Below, piece after piece: positions 1-9,490 of a stretch of 64,000 nt of DNA. The notes under the pieces were generated by a model that made no database searches, was not told the DNA's origin, and saw nothing but the letters and a program-made list of their open reading frames with translations. The translations under genes and the position numbers were made by a program. The stretch spans positions 2,048,001 through 2,112,000 of the forward strand of contig OZ246001.1 in the NCBI GenBank assembly GCA_965230295.1. Reading direction: 5' to 3'. The stretch comes from Marinicella sp. (GTDB lineage: Bacteria; Pseudomonadota; Gammaproteobacteria; Xanthomonadales; Marinicellaceae). Every line of letters starts with the position of its first letter. The stretch's first letter is position 1.

Positions 1-5
1 GTGTG

Positions 6-521
6 TTAAGCGATGAATAAAGTTAACTGTCCTAAGCCAACACCCAGCAGCGCACCGACCACAACATCAGTTGGAAAATGAACACCCAGAACGACTCGTG
101 ACAATCCCACTGTAGCGGCCCAGATAAACAAGGGTAGCCACAAAATTGGAACTGCAGCAGCTGTGATGGTAAAAAACAGGAAAGCTGCGGAAGTGTGACC
201 TGAGGGGAAGCTGAATTGGTCGCCGGGATTGACTTGATTTTTGATGTCCATCACCCGAAAAGGACGGTTGCGTTTCAGGGTGTTCTTCAACAGATAGTAA
301 CAGGGTCTTTCAATGGCAAAAGCCAATGCCAAAACCCAAAAGTACCAATGATTGACGCCATTAAACAGCAAAGCAAATAGCCCCACCAATCCGTAAAGCC
401 AGCCATCACCCATGGCTGATATGCGTTTACAAAAAGGCATTATTTTGGCGTAAACCTTGGTTGAAAATAACCTGTCAACCAGAGAAGTGTCGATTGACTG
501 AATCAAATCTAATGGTTTCAT
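6..521 (-). CDS. PAP2 family phosphatase
   Basis: KxxxxRxRP, SFPSGH and SRVVLGVHFPTD motifs; hydrophobic helices. Confidence 0.9.
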   Translation of the reverse strand: MKPLDLIQSIDTSLVDRLFSTKVYAKIMPFCKRISAMGDGWLYGLVGLFALLFNGVNHWYFWVLALAFAIERPCYYLLKNTLKRNRPFRVMDIKNQVNPGDQFSFPSGHTSAAFLFFTITAAAVPILWLPLFIWAATVGLSRVVLGVHFPTDVVVGALLGVGLGQLTLFIA

Positions 522-609
522 GGTAACCCCAAATCAAAAGATTGGCGTCAGTTTATTCCAGTGATGTGACAGGTAGATGTGTGCTTGATGAATATTTTGT
601 GACGCCTGT

Positions 610-1956
610 TCAGACCAACGCCACCAACTGTGGGTAAAAATACAACAACACCAGCATCAATAATTGCAGCACAATGAAAGGCAGGACACCTTTGTATAAG
701 GCCCGTGTATTGATGTCACTGACACCACGCAGGTAGAACAAGGCAAAGCCAAAGGGTGGGGTGAGGAATGAGGTTTGTAGGTTGATGGCGATCATGATGC
801 CAAGCCAAACCGGGTCATAGCCCATCATCAATAGAATGGGCCCCACGATCGGTATCACCACAAAAGTGATTTCAATGAAATCCAAGATAAAACCCAGTAG
901 GAATAAAATCAACATCACCAACAGCAAAGCCGTCAGTTCGCCACCAGGTAAGTTGGTCAGGAAATGTTGTACAGCCTCATCGCCACCAAAGCCTTTGAAC
1001 ACCAGGGAGAACAAAGCCGCACCAATCAAGATCATGAACACCATGGCGGTGACTTTGACGGTTTCTTTCAAAGCATCACGCAACATGGTTGTGTTGAGTT
1101 TTCCATTCAAAGTGGCCAACAACAAGGCGCCCATGGATCCCACTGAAGCCGCTTCAGTCGGGGTGGCTATACCAGAGATGATGGAACCCAAGACCGCCAG
1201 AATCAAAAACAATGGTGGCAACAGCGATTTGAGGATGGTGCCCAAGCTCGGTTGGTTCTCAACAGCAATGGCTGGCATGGCATCAGGTCTTCGAATTCTG
1301 ACCCAAAATAAGTACAGTGCATACAACAACACCAACAACAATCCAGGTATCAGTGCCCCCATAAACAGATCCTGGACTGAAACGGTCTTGGGGTTGAAAA
1401 TGTTCATGTCCAGTTGGGCTTGTTGGTAAGCATTGGACAACACGTCCCCCAACAACACCAACACGATCGATGGTGGAATGATTTGCCCCAAGGTTCCTGA
1501 GGCACAAATGGTGCCAGCCGAAACGGCCGGATCATAACCATTTTTTTGCATCACTGGCATGGCCAACAACCCCAAGGTCACGACGGTGGCGCCAACAATT
1601 CCGGTACTGGCTGCCAGCAACATGCCGACGATCAACAGGGCGAAACCCAGACCACCTTTTTTGCTGCCCAACAAGGCAGCCATGTTTTGTAACAGGGATT
1701 CGGCCAATTTGGCTTTTTCCAGTACCACACCCATGAACACAAACACCGGCACGGCCATCAATGTCGCATTATTTAAAATGCCGTTGAGGCGATTGGGCAG
1801 GGCCGCAATGAAATCGGCATCAAACCAGCCAGTAAGAAATCCGATCAACGCGAACCAAAGAGACACCCCGCCCAAGGTAAAAGCCACCGGAAAACCGGCC
1901 ATCAAAACGCCGGTTACAGCGATAAACAGCAACAGGGCCCACCAGGCTTCCATCAA
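610..1956 (-). CDS. dctM: TRAP transporter large permease (DctM-like)
   Basis: 448 aa polytopic membrane protein; GTLGQIIPPSI and LTPPFGFALFYL motifs. Confidence 0.9.
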   Translation of the reverse strand: MMEAWWALLLFIAVTGVLMAGFPVAFTLGGVSLWFALIGFLTGWFDADFIAALPNRLNGILNNATLMAVPVFVFMGVVLEKAKLAESLLQNMAALLGSKKGGLGFALLIVGMLLAASTGIVGATVVTLGLLAMPVMQKNGYDPAVSAGTICASGTLGQIIPPSIVLVLLGDVLSNAYQQAQLDMNIFNPKTVSVQDLFMGALIPGLLLVLLYALYLFWVRIRRPDAMPAIAVENQPSLGTILKSLLPPLFLILAVLGSIISGIATPTEAASVGSMGALLLATLNGKLNTTMLRDALKETVKVTAMVFMILIGAALFSLVFKGFGGDEAVQHFLTNLPGGELTALLLVMLILFLLGFILDFIEITFVVIPIVGPILLMMGYDPVWLGIMIAINLQTSFLTPPFGFALFYLRGVSDINTRALYKGVLPFIVLQLLMLVLLYFYPQLVALV

Positions 1957-2477
1957 CCATTCTCCCGGGTGTGATCATTGCTGGCTTGCTTTTTGAATGA
2001 TGAAACCAGGACATAGCCCAACATAGAAACAGGCATCAACAACAACAGGCTTTTGAACAGGTACATCAAGGGTAATCCACCGGTTTCTCCAGAACCTTCT
2101 AAGCGAACCCAGGCATCGATTACATAGGTCCAGCACGACCAAATAATGAATCCCATCATCGGTACCAACAACAACCAGGTACCCCATAAATTAACCCATC
2201 GCTTTTTTGCAGGTGAGAAGCCTTGATAAAACACATCAACCCTGACATGTTTGTCATGGTGCCAGGCATACACCATGCCCAACATCAAAGCAAAGGCATG
2301 ACAATAAATGGCCAATTCTTGCACCGGTATCCACACGGTGTTGAACACATTGCGGGTGATGACAGTGAAAAAACTGACCAGCACCATCAGCAAGGTGATC
2401 CAACCCAGCATGGCACCGTATTTTTCCATCCAATTGTCTGTGTGATTGCTCATACCAAGTTGAGAAATTGAAAGCAC
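1953..2477 (-). CDS. dctQ: TRAP transporter small permease (DctQ-like)
   Basis: 4 TM segments, HVRVD motif, 4-bp overlap with dctM; start uncertain (ATG at 2453 possible). Confidence 0.85.
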   Translation of the reverse strand: MLSISQLGMSNHTDNWMEKYGAMLGWITLLMVLVSFFTVITRNVFNTVWIPVQELAIYCHAFALMLGMVYAWHHDKHVRVDVFYQGFSPAKKRWVNLWGTWLLLVPMMGFIIWSCWTYVIDAWVRLEGSGETGGLPLMYLFKSLLLLMPVSMLGYVLVSSFKKQASNDHTRENG

Positions 2478-2523
2478 AGAATTCTATCACGATATATCTA
2501 CCGTACAGACCAAAAAAGAAAAG

Positions 2524-3183
2524 TTAAGATGGATCGTTTAAATATATTTCAATGCGTTCTTTGCCTTTGCCGATGTTTTTTCGCTTGAGGCGGATGCTGC
2601 CCACTTCTCCGGTGCTGTTAATATGGGTGCCACCACATGAAACTTTGGCAAAGCCTGCCACTTCCCAATAGCGGCGTTGAGTTTCGGGGTCAGAAAAATC
2701 TTTGATGATGGGCAGGTCTTGGGCAAACAAGGCATTGGCCTGTTCGGTCCAGTGGGGAAAATTTGGAGACAAGTTTTCGTCAGATAAAAAATCAATGCGT
2801 GATTTATTGGCCGCAACATGTGAGCCGATGCGTTCAATGCCCTCCAGTTCTTGTGACACCATCTCCAACACCGCTTCAGCAGCAAAATGTGATCGCATTA
2901 AGCGGTATCGGCGTTGCCAATCAATGGTCACATGTACCGGTTGATCAACAGTCAATTGGTGGCTGCTGTCCAATTGGTAACGGATGTGATGATCGGTTTT
3001 TTCTGCTTGTAAAACAGGTAAACCATGGATGGAGCCCTGGTCACTTTCCTGGCCACCAGAAAAAGCAAAGAAAATGGTCTCTTTGAGGGTCACCCAGTCG
3101 CCATCAACTGATGTTATTGTGGTGTCCAATTCGGTTTGATAGGGATCATCCCAAAAGGTTCTGTGGGTATTAAAAGTTGGCAT
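2524..3183 (-). CDS. Alanyl-tRNA editing protein (AlaX family)
   Basis: SGGQESD, MRSHFAAE and CGGTH editing-domain motifs. Confidence 0.85.
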   Translation of the reverse strand: MPTFNTHRTFWDDPYQTELDTTITSVDGDWVTLKETIFFAFSGGQESDQGSIHGLPVLQAEKTDHHIRYQLDSSHQLTVDQPVHVTIDWQRRYRLMRSHFAAEAVLEMVSQELEGIERIGSHVAANKSRIDFLSDENLSPNFPHWTEQANALFAQDLPIIKDFSDPETQRRYWEVAGFAKVSCGGTHINSTGEVGSIRLKRKNIGKGKERIEIYLNDPS

Positions 3184-3198
3184 ATCTGGCTCGTTTCA

Positions 3199-3780
3199 TT
3201 ATGGTTGGCTGGTGTAAACAAAATCTAACTGGTTCAACTCGGCCACCAGTCGTTTGAGGTTTGGGTAATCCAACTCGAACATTTTATACAAGTCCAGGTG
3301 GTCCCACAAACACACCAAATGAAACCCCCGATAATCTGGTTCATTGGAGAAGTCGTCTGCATTGTTCTCAAGCCATTGCAGCCCTTGTGTGACCGAGCTG
3401 CGAAATTTATCAAAACGGGTATATTTCCGGGTATCAATGCCGGTGCGTTCGGCCATAATCAATTCGACTTCGGCAGCCATCACACCATTAAGCACGGCTT
3501 GCAGGTTTTTCTGTTTGGGGTCATGGGACAAAACATCGAATTGGTCTTCGACATCGTGTTTTCTGACCAGGTATTCAGCGATGTGGTCCGATTCAAAAAT
3601 GTTTTGACCCTCATCGATCAATGTGGGTACTTTCATCAAGGGGTTGTTGGCAAAAATACCTGGATCCTGGTCTGCCACATTGCCGGCATCAATCAATTCG
3701 ACCTCTAGGTTTAGCGCATCAATCAAAATACGGTCTTTGCGGGCATAGTGTGATTTTGGGGTGTAATACAGTTTCAACAT
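3199..3780 (-). CDS. Glutathione S-transferase family protein
   Basis: N-terminal SHYARK, NPLMKVPTL, FESDHIAEYL. Confidence 0.85.
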   Translation of the reverse strand: MLKLYYTPKSHYARKDRILIDALNLEVELIDAGNVADQDPGIFANNPLMKVPTLIDEGQNIFESDHIAEYLVRKHDVEDQFDVLSHDPKQKNLQAVLNGVMAAEVELIMAERTGIDTRKYTRFDKFRSSVTQGLQWLENNADDFSNEPDYRGFHLVCLWDHLDLYKMFELDYPNLKRLVAELNQLDFVYTSQP

Positions 3781-4016
3781 GGCTTACAAATTTTGGCAAC
3801 GGACCCAACCATTGTAGTCCCGATCCACGAAACTTGACTAAAAATTTCATAAATATGCATGAATGTCCTGAATTGTCGGGTAGTTGGCATGACTTACAGG
3901 TAGCAGGTGTTATATACTAAGAATGGTGGAGTGGGCGTGTCGTTAAAACCCTCCTACAGGTAAACGTTTCATCAGTTCACTCCCTCTTCTTCACCAATCA
4001 GCCAAGAAGGAATGTC

Positions 4017-4330
4017 CTAGGGACTTCATTCACTTTTGATTTCCACAAAAGTGAAAGCGGCCACGTCGGACATGGCTTACTACCTTGGGCTAGCACTCTC
4101 TGACTGGCCTACAAGGATGTAGGTCTGTCGCGAGAGCAGGCAGGAATTGTTCCCAACAATTCTCTGCATTCACCCCGTCCTGGGGATCGATGCGGAAGCG
4201 ACCAGCTTAGCTTTAGCTTCACGGCTTATCGATCATTCCATCAAGGCTTCTTGACTTTGTCAAATCGCCATTCTTACATGATCTGCCTAACCGAGTGCAC
4301 GCGCTACGGTATTCAAGCAAGGCTTATTAC
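4017..4330. repeat. Modular palindromic intergenic repeat, copy 1
   Basis: 4135-4195 is identical to 37181-37241 (61 bp); 4020-4075 is reverse-complement similar to 29868-29935; boundaries approximate. Confidence 0.8.
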
Positions 4331-4455
4331 CTTTCAGGTAAACCATCATGCTTTCATTACCTGCGCTGGTCGAACTGTCTGACAGTTCTCCACTGTCCGA
4401 TATTGTCGGGCGGTTGTCATAACAGCTTACAAACCTAATCAACTATAATGAATGC

Positions 4456-5415
4456 ATGGCATTGAACAAAGACCACAACATCGCATTTTTGGGTTTTGAT
4501 CAGATTGAATTACTGGATCTGGTGGGTCCGTTTGAGGCTTTTAACAATGCCAACCAGATTTTGAATCACTTCAAATACAACACCTTTCTGGTGAGTGAAC
4601 TGGCCAATTTCACCAGCGAATCAGGGATCAAGATGAGCAGTGACCATCGCTTGACTGATGATCTGACGATTGACACCTTGGTGATCCCGGGTGGCCGCGG
4701 AGCCAGAATACCCGAAATCATCAAGCCATACCAAGACTGGTTTAATCAAAACCATGCCCATATCGATCGCATAGTGACTGTCTGTACCGGTGTTTTTATG
4801 CTGGCTGATCATCCACTGCTGGTCGATAAAACTGTGGTGACTCATTGGAGTTTTGTAGACCGTTTGAAGATTCAATATCCGCACTTGAAAGTGTGTCCGG
4901 ATCGGCTGTTCATTCAGCAGGATAAATTTTATTCTGCGGCAGGAATTCTCAGTGGCATTGATTTGGCTTTGCATTTGATTGAAGCGGATTGTGGTGTAGA
5001 TGTGGCCAGTTATGTGGCCAAAGACTTGATCACCTACCTCAAACGGTCAGGCCATGAATCCCAGTTTTCTGAACCACTTAAATTTCAGTCCACCAACAAC
5101 ACCCATATTGATCGGATCAATCGCTGGTTGATGAACCATTACAGTGAGCACATTACGGTCAGCGAATTGGCCAAACAAGTGCACGTCAGTGAACGGCATT
5201 TGAACCGCTTGATCAACACCCATTTTCACATGAGCGCCAGTAAATACATAGAACACATCAAGCTGGAACAGGCCAAAATATATTTGGCCAAAAAAGACAC
5301 GGCTATCGACACCGCTGCATCCATGGTTGGTTATGCTTCGGCTGACGTCTTCAGGCGCAGTTTCAAGCGAAAATATGGCATGGCACCACACACATATCAA
5401 TTGCGTTTTCAATAA
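4456..5415 (+). CDS. GlxA family transcriptional regulator (DJ-1/PfpI + AraC HTH)
   Basis: TVCTG and THW motifs, SAAGILSGIDLAL, C-terminal AraC HTH (VGYASADVFRRSFKRKYG). Confidence 0.9.
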   Translation: MALNKDHNIAFLGFDQIELLDLVGPFEAFNNANQILNHFKYNTFLVSELANFTSESGIKMSSDHRLTDDLTIDTLVIPGGRGARIPEIIKPYQDWFNQNHAHIDRIVTVCTGVFMLADHPLLVDKTVVTHWSFVDRLKIQYPHLKVCPDRLFIQQDKFYSAAGILSGIDLALHLIEADCGVDVASYVAKDLITYLKRSGHESQFSEPLKFQSTNNTHIDRINRWLMNHYSEHITVSELAKQVHVSERHLNRLINTHFHMSASKYIEHIKLEQAKIYLAKKDTAIDTAASMVGYASADVFRRSFKRKYGMAPHTYQLRFQ

Positions 5416-5440
5416 TCAGAATTATTGAAGGAGTTTTCTT

Positions 5441-5881
5441 ATGAAATTCATACACATCATTTTAGGGTGTATGCTGACAGCCGGTTGGGTACATGGTGCA
5501 GACCAACTGTCACAACATCAAGGGCTACAACAAATCAACCAATTTCATTTCGCTTCAAATCAGTTGGCAAGTTCTGCTACCCCAGATTTACACCAATATC
5601 AAATCCTGAAAGAAGCTGGTTTTAAGCACATCATTGTACTAAGCGCTGGCTTGCACTTGGTTGAAAAAACCCATGCTGAAGCGTTGGGTATGACATTCGA
5701 ACAAGTCAATGTCACTTTAAATGAGCCAGCAGAATTGAACTTCAATGAATTCAGTGAATTGTTGGTTGGGTATGGTGATGAACCAGTGTATGTATTCAGT
5801 GAACAAAATTGGCGTGCTGCCACCTATGTTTACCGGTATCAAGCTTTGTTGAAAGAAGACCTGTTGTTGGCGGCAAAGTAA
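5441..5881 (+). CDS. Secreted phosphatase-like (DSP/beta-lactamase-hydrolase-like fold) protein lacking the catalytic Cys
   Basis: Signal peptide; LASSATP, GFKHII and PVYVFSEQNWRA align by eye with the HCxxxxR-type family. Confidence 0.5.
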   Translation: MKFIHIILGCMLTAGWVHGADQLSQHQGLQQINQFHFASNQLASSATPDLHQYQILKEAGFKHIIVLSAGLHLVEKTHAEALGMTFEQVNVTLNEPAELNFNEFSELLVGYGDEPVYVFSEQNWRAATYVYRYQALLKEDLLLAAK

Positions 5882-5951
5882 ATTTTTAGAATCTTCATGC
5901 AGCTGTACACCCATTACTGTTCAGCACACTATTTTTAGGATAATCTTCCTG

Positions 5952-5993
5952 TCATCATTCTGTGGCTTCGTTGTGGAACCCACAGAATGATGA
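5952..5993. terminator. Inverted repeat between convergent genes (probable bidirectional terminator)
   Basis: TCATCATTCTGTGG...CCACAGAATGATGA, 14-bp perfect stem. Confidence 0.55.
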
Positions 5994-6024
5994 AAATAAT
6001 ATTTGTCCATCGTCTGAAACGACC

Positions 6025-9000
6025 TTACCCTGGATTAGGGCTGCCTTCATCCATCAAGGTCCTCATATTGATGTAATTGAGTGCTGTTTCTTCGGCAGCC
6101 AAGCGTGCTTCCTCTCCACTGAAGTATGATTTTTGGTAATTTTCGGAACTGTCTACCAATTGACCTTGTTGGTCCGCTACTTGCCAATACCACTCATCAC
6201 TGTTGATTCGTTTGGCATGTAGCTTGATGCCTTTCCACACGGCCTGACAGTCGTCTTCCAGATTACCAGACCACTTGATGGTCAATTCATCGTCATCGGT
6301 GCTGTGGTGCTTCATGAATTGTCGGTACAACACCGGTATCATGAACAAGGTCAATAAGGAAGAAAAGGCCAGGCCGAACACGATTGATGAAGCCACCGGT
6401 CCCCACAACAATGATTTACCACCCAAACCTGCTGCCAAAGAAAACAGGCCTGCAATGGTTGTGGTGGTGGTCATGATGATGGGCACCACGCGACGGCGTG
6501 CGGCATAAACCGTGGCATGCAAAGGTCGCTTACCCGCATGGATGCGCTCATTGGCTGCGGAGATCAACACAATGGCTCCATTGACCGCAATCCCGGTCAG
6601 TGCAATGATGCCATACAAGGTGTACAAGCTCAGCGGGTTGTTGGTGATGAACAAGCCAAACACCACCCCGGTGAATGCCATCGGTACGGTGACCATGATC
6701 AGGAAGGGTTGGAAGTAACTGCGCATTTCAGTGGCCAGGATCAAATAAATCAAACCCAATCCAAGTAAAAAGAGGGCACCCATGGCGCCTAAACTTTCGT
6801 TCACATCATCCAATTCTCCAGAGAAATCCAAGTCGGTGTTGGGAAACTGGTGTTTGATTTCATCCCAGGCAGCGACAATTTCATTGTTGATTTTTGCGGT
6901 GTTAGTCAATTCTGGAATGATCTCAGCTTCTACCGTGATGGCCCGTCTGAGGTTGTAATGCTTGATCGTGCTGCGGCCTTGGCCCGTACGCTGGGTGAAC
7001 AGGTTGCCCAAGGTGGTTTGACCGCCATTGGGCAGCGCCACGGGATCATCCATGATCTGATCAATGGCCTGTAAATTTCGTTTTTGAGCCCGCACGCGCA
7101 GTTCGACCTTTTCACCTTCGTCACGCATTAAGGCAACAATCTCTCCATCTAAATGCAAGCGTAAAATTCGTGAGACGGTTCCTTGATCCAGACCTAAATT
7201 ACGGATGTTTTGATGGTTCAACTCAAGCACCAGTTCAGATCGGCCCGGGACATCGTTGTCGGCCACGTCTTTGGAGCCTTCCCGGGTTTCTACGATTTGT
7301 TTGACCGCATCGGCTGCCGCCCGCAATTCCACAAAATCATCACTGCGGACTTTGACACTGACTGGCTTCCCAGCCGGTGGCCCGCCGGAGATTTCGAGGA
7401 AGGAAATGATCGCATCACCTGGGGTGTTGACCAGTGTTTCGCGCATCGCTTCAACCACATCACTGACTGAGCGGTTGTCATTGGTTTTGGGTACCATGGA
7501 AACTTGGATTTGGCCATATTGGTCGCCAAACAAAATTTCTATTTCGGTGAACTTGATACCGGCCAAGGAAGTGATGGCCCTGATTTCTTCTTCTTCAACG
7601 AACTGTCGCAACCTTTTCTCGACTTCAATGGTCTGGGCCAGGGTTTGTTCCAGGGGTGTGTTGGACGGCATGTCCACATTGACATAAAACAAACGGAATG
7701 GATCAAAAGTAAAGAACTCGGTTTTGACCTTTTCTTTTTGCATGATGGCAATGGCGCCAAAGAAGCACAGGATGCCGAAGATGATGATGACGTAGGGTCT
7801 ACGCATCATGAAACACAGGATTTGGGTGTACTTGGTGCGCAGTTTGCGGGTCCAGTTGGTGCGCCAATTTTGCATCCTGGCAGCACCCAATTGAAATGAC
7901 TTCTGGATCGGTTGTTTAACCACTTTGAAGCCAGATGCCAGGTATTTGACGGGATTGAGTCGACTGCGAACTTTGATCGGTTTGCGTTTGTGCTCACTTT
8001 CTTCTGTACCTATCACATGCGATGGTAAAATCCAAAAAGCTTCGATCAAACTGATGGCCAGACCCAAAGTCACTACAAATGGAATGACAAACATGAAAGC
8101 GCCCAAAATGCCAGGCAGCAGCATCAAAGGCAGGAATGCTGCCATGGTGGTGAGCACGCCAGCAGTCACGGGAGCGCCGACTTCGCGCAAGGAATCAAGT
8201 GAGGCAGTCAGCGCATCAGCACCCCGCTGCATGCGGTAAAAAATGGCTTCAACCACCACCACTGCATCATCCACCAACATCCCCAAAACAATCACAATAC
8301 CAAGCAGCACCGACACATTCAGGGTGTTACCGGTCATGTTCAAAACCCACAGAGTTCCGGTGATGGAAAACACAATACCTAATGTCACAAAGAAAGCAAT
8401 TTTGAAACCCAAAAACAACCAGCACACAATCAACACCAAGATCAAACCCAGTCCGGCATTGGTTTGCATGATCGAGAGTGCGGCTCGGGTTTGAATGGTT
8501 TGATCATCGGCCAAGACCAGCTTAATGCCCATGCCAGCAACTTGTTCATTTTTTTCTTCAATGTAGGCATTGATGCGGTCGACCAGTTGCAAAGTGTTGA
8601 CCATGGATACTTTGGTCACAGCCATAGAAACGGCCGGCTTGCCTTGGTACGCTGCCAGTTGCGAAGCATCTTCTCTGCTGCGAGAAATGGTGGCGACATT
8701 GTCTAATGTTACGGCAGAATCGCCGATGGCAGGCAGTTGAATTTGTGCCACCAGGTCCGGTTGGTCAGTGGTGCCAGCCACCCGCACCAACCATTCGTTA
8801 CCAGCGACTTGGGCGCTGCCCGCTGAAACATCTCTGAATGCACCACGGACTGTTTCAGCCAGTTGGGCGGCATTCAAGCCATGAGCTGCCAGTAGATCTG
8901 GATCAAACTCAACATGCAATTCCGGGTCATGCAAACCTGAAGGCGTGACTTGATCAACACCACGCAATCCCTCTAAATCTTCTTTGACTTTTCTGGCCTG

Positions 9001-9474
9001 GGATCTGAGCACTTCGTCGTCAGCCTGTCCGGTGACGACCACCAAAGCGGTTGGAAAGCCATTGGATGTGGTCAATTCAAGAATCAACGGATCATCGGCA
9101 TCATCAGGTAATTCGGCACTGGCTTTGTTTTGGATTTCACGCCTGAGGTCATTGATTCGCTTATCGAAATTGCGTTCGCCAATGTCACGAAAGCGCACCA
9201 GGATGTTAGACACAGATTCACGTGAAGTTGAATTGGTGAAACTGATGTCCTGAACATTTTTGATCGAATCTTCTAAGGGTGCTGTAACCAATTTTTCGAC
9301 ATCTTCAGCCGATGCACCCGGCAGTACAGTGTTGATGTTGACCCAGTAAAAATTGATTTCAGGGTCTTGTTCGCGCGGCATGATGAAGTATGACATCAAG
9401 CCCATGGCCACCACCACAGTGAACATGATGTTGACCAGCGGGTGGTTGGTGAGTAATCGTGACATGATTTTCAT
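6025..9474 (-). CDS. RND efflux permease (AcrB/AcrD/AcrF family) with C-terminal extension
   Basis: GMLVDDAVVVVE, GIAVNGAI, RRVVPIIMTT; two periplasmic domains. Confidence 0.92.
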   Translation of the reverse strand: MKIMSRLLTNHPLVNIMFTVVVAMGLMSYFIMPREQDPEINFYWVNINTVLPGASAEDVEKLVTAPLEDSIKNVQDISFTNSTSRESVSNILVRFRDIGERNFDKRINDLRREIQNKASAELPDDADDPLILELTTSNGFPTALVVVTGQADDEVLRSQARKVKEDLEGLRGVDQVTPSGLHDPELHVEFDPDLLAAHGLNAAQLAETVRGAFRDVSAGSAQVAGNEWLVRVAGTTDQPDLVAQIQLPAIGDSAVTLDNVATISRSREDASQLAAYQGKPAVSMAVTKVSMVNTLQLVDRINAYIEEKNEQVAGMGIKLVLADDQTIQTRAALSIMQTNAGLGLILVLIVCWLFLGFKIAFFVTLGIVFSITGTLWVLNMTGNTLNVSVLLGIVIVLGMLVDDAVVVVEAIFYRMQRGADALTASLDSLREVGAPVTAGVLTTMAAFLPLMLLPGILGAFMFVIPFVVTLGLAISLIEAFWILPSHVIGTEESEHKRKPIKVRSRLNPVKYLASGFKVVKQPIQKSFQLGAARMQNWRTNWTRKLRTKYTQILCFMMRRPYVIIIFGILCFFGAIAIMQKEKVKTEFFTFDPFRLFYVNVDMPSNTPLEQTLAQTIEVEKRLRQFVEEEEIRAITSLAGIKFTEIEILFGDQYGQIQVSMVPKTNDNRSVSDVVEAMRETLVNTPGDAIISFLEISGGPPAGKPVSVKVRSDDFVELRAAADAVKQIVETREGSKDVADNDVPGRSELVLELNHQNIRNLGLDQGTVSRILRLHLDGEIVALMRDEGEKVELRVRAQKRNLQAIDQIMDDPVALPNGGQTTLGNLFTQRTGQGRSTIKHYNLRRAITVEAEIIPELTNTAKINNEIVAAWDEIKHQFPNTDLDFSGELDDVNESLGAMGALFLLGLGLIYLILATEMRSYFQPFLIMVTVPMAFTGVVFGLFITNNPLSLYTLYGIIALTGIAVNGAIVLISAANERIHAGKRPLHATVYAARRRVVPIIMTTTTTIAGLFSLAAGLGGKSLLWGPVASSIVFGLAFSSLLTLFMIPVLYRQFMKHHSTDDDELTIKWSGNLEDDCQAVWKGIKLHAKRINSDEWYWQVADQQGQLVDSSENYQKSYFSGEEARLAAEETALNYINMRTLMDEGSPNPG

Positions 9475-9490
9475 TGTATATACCTCGTAA

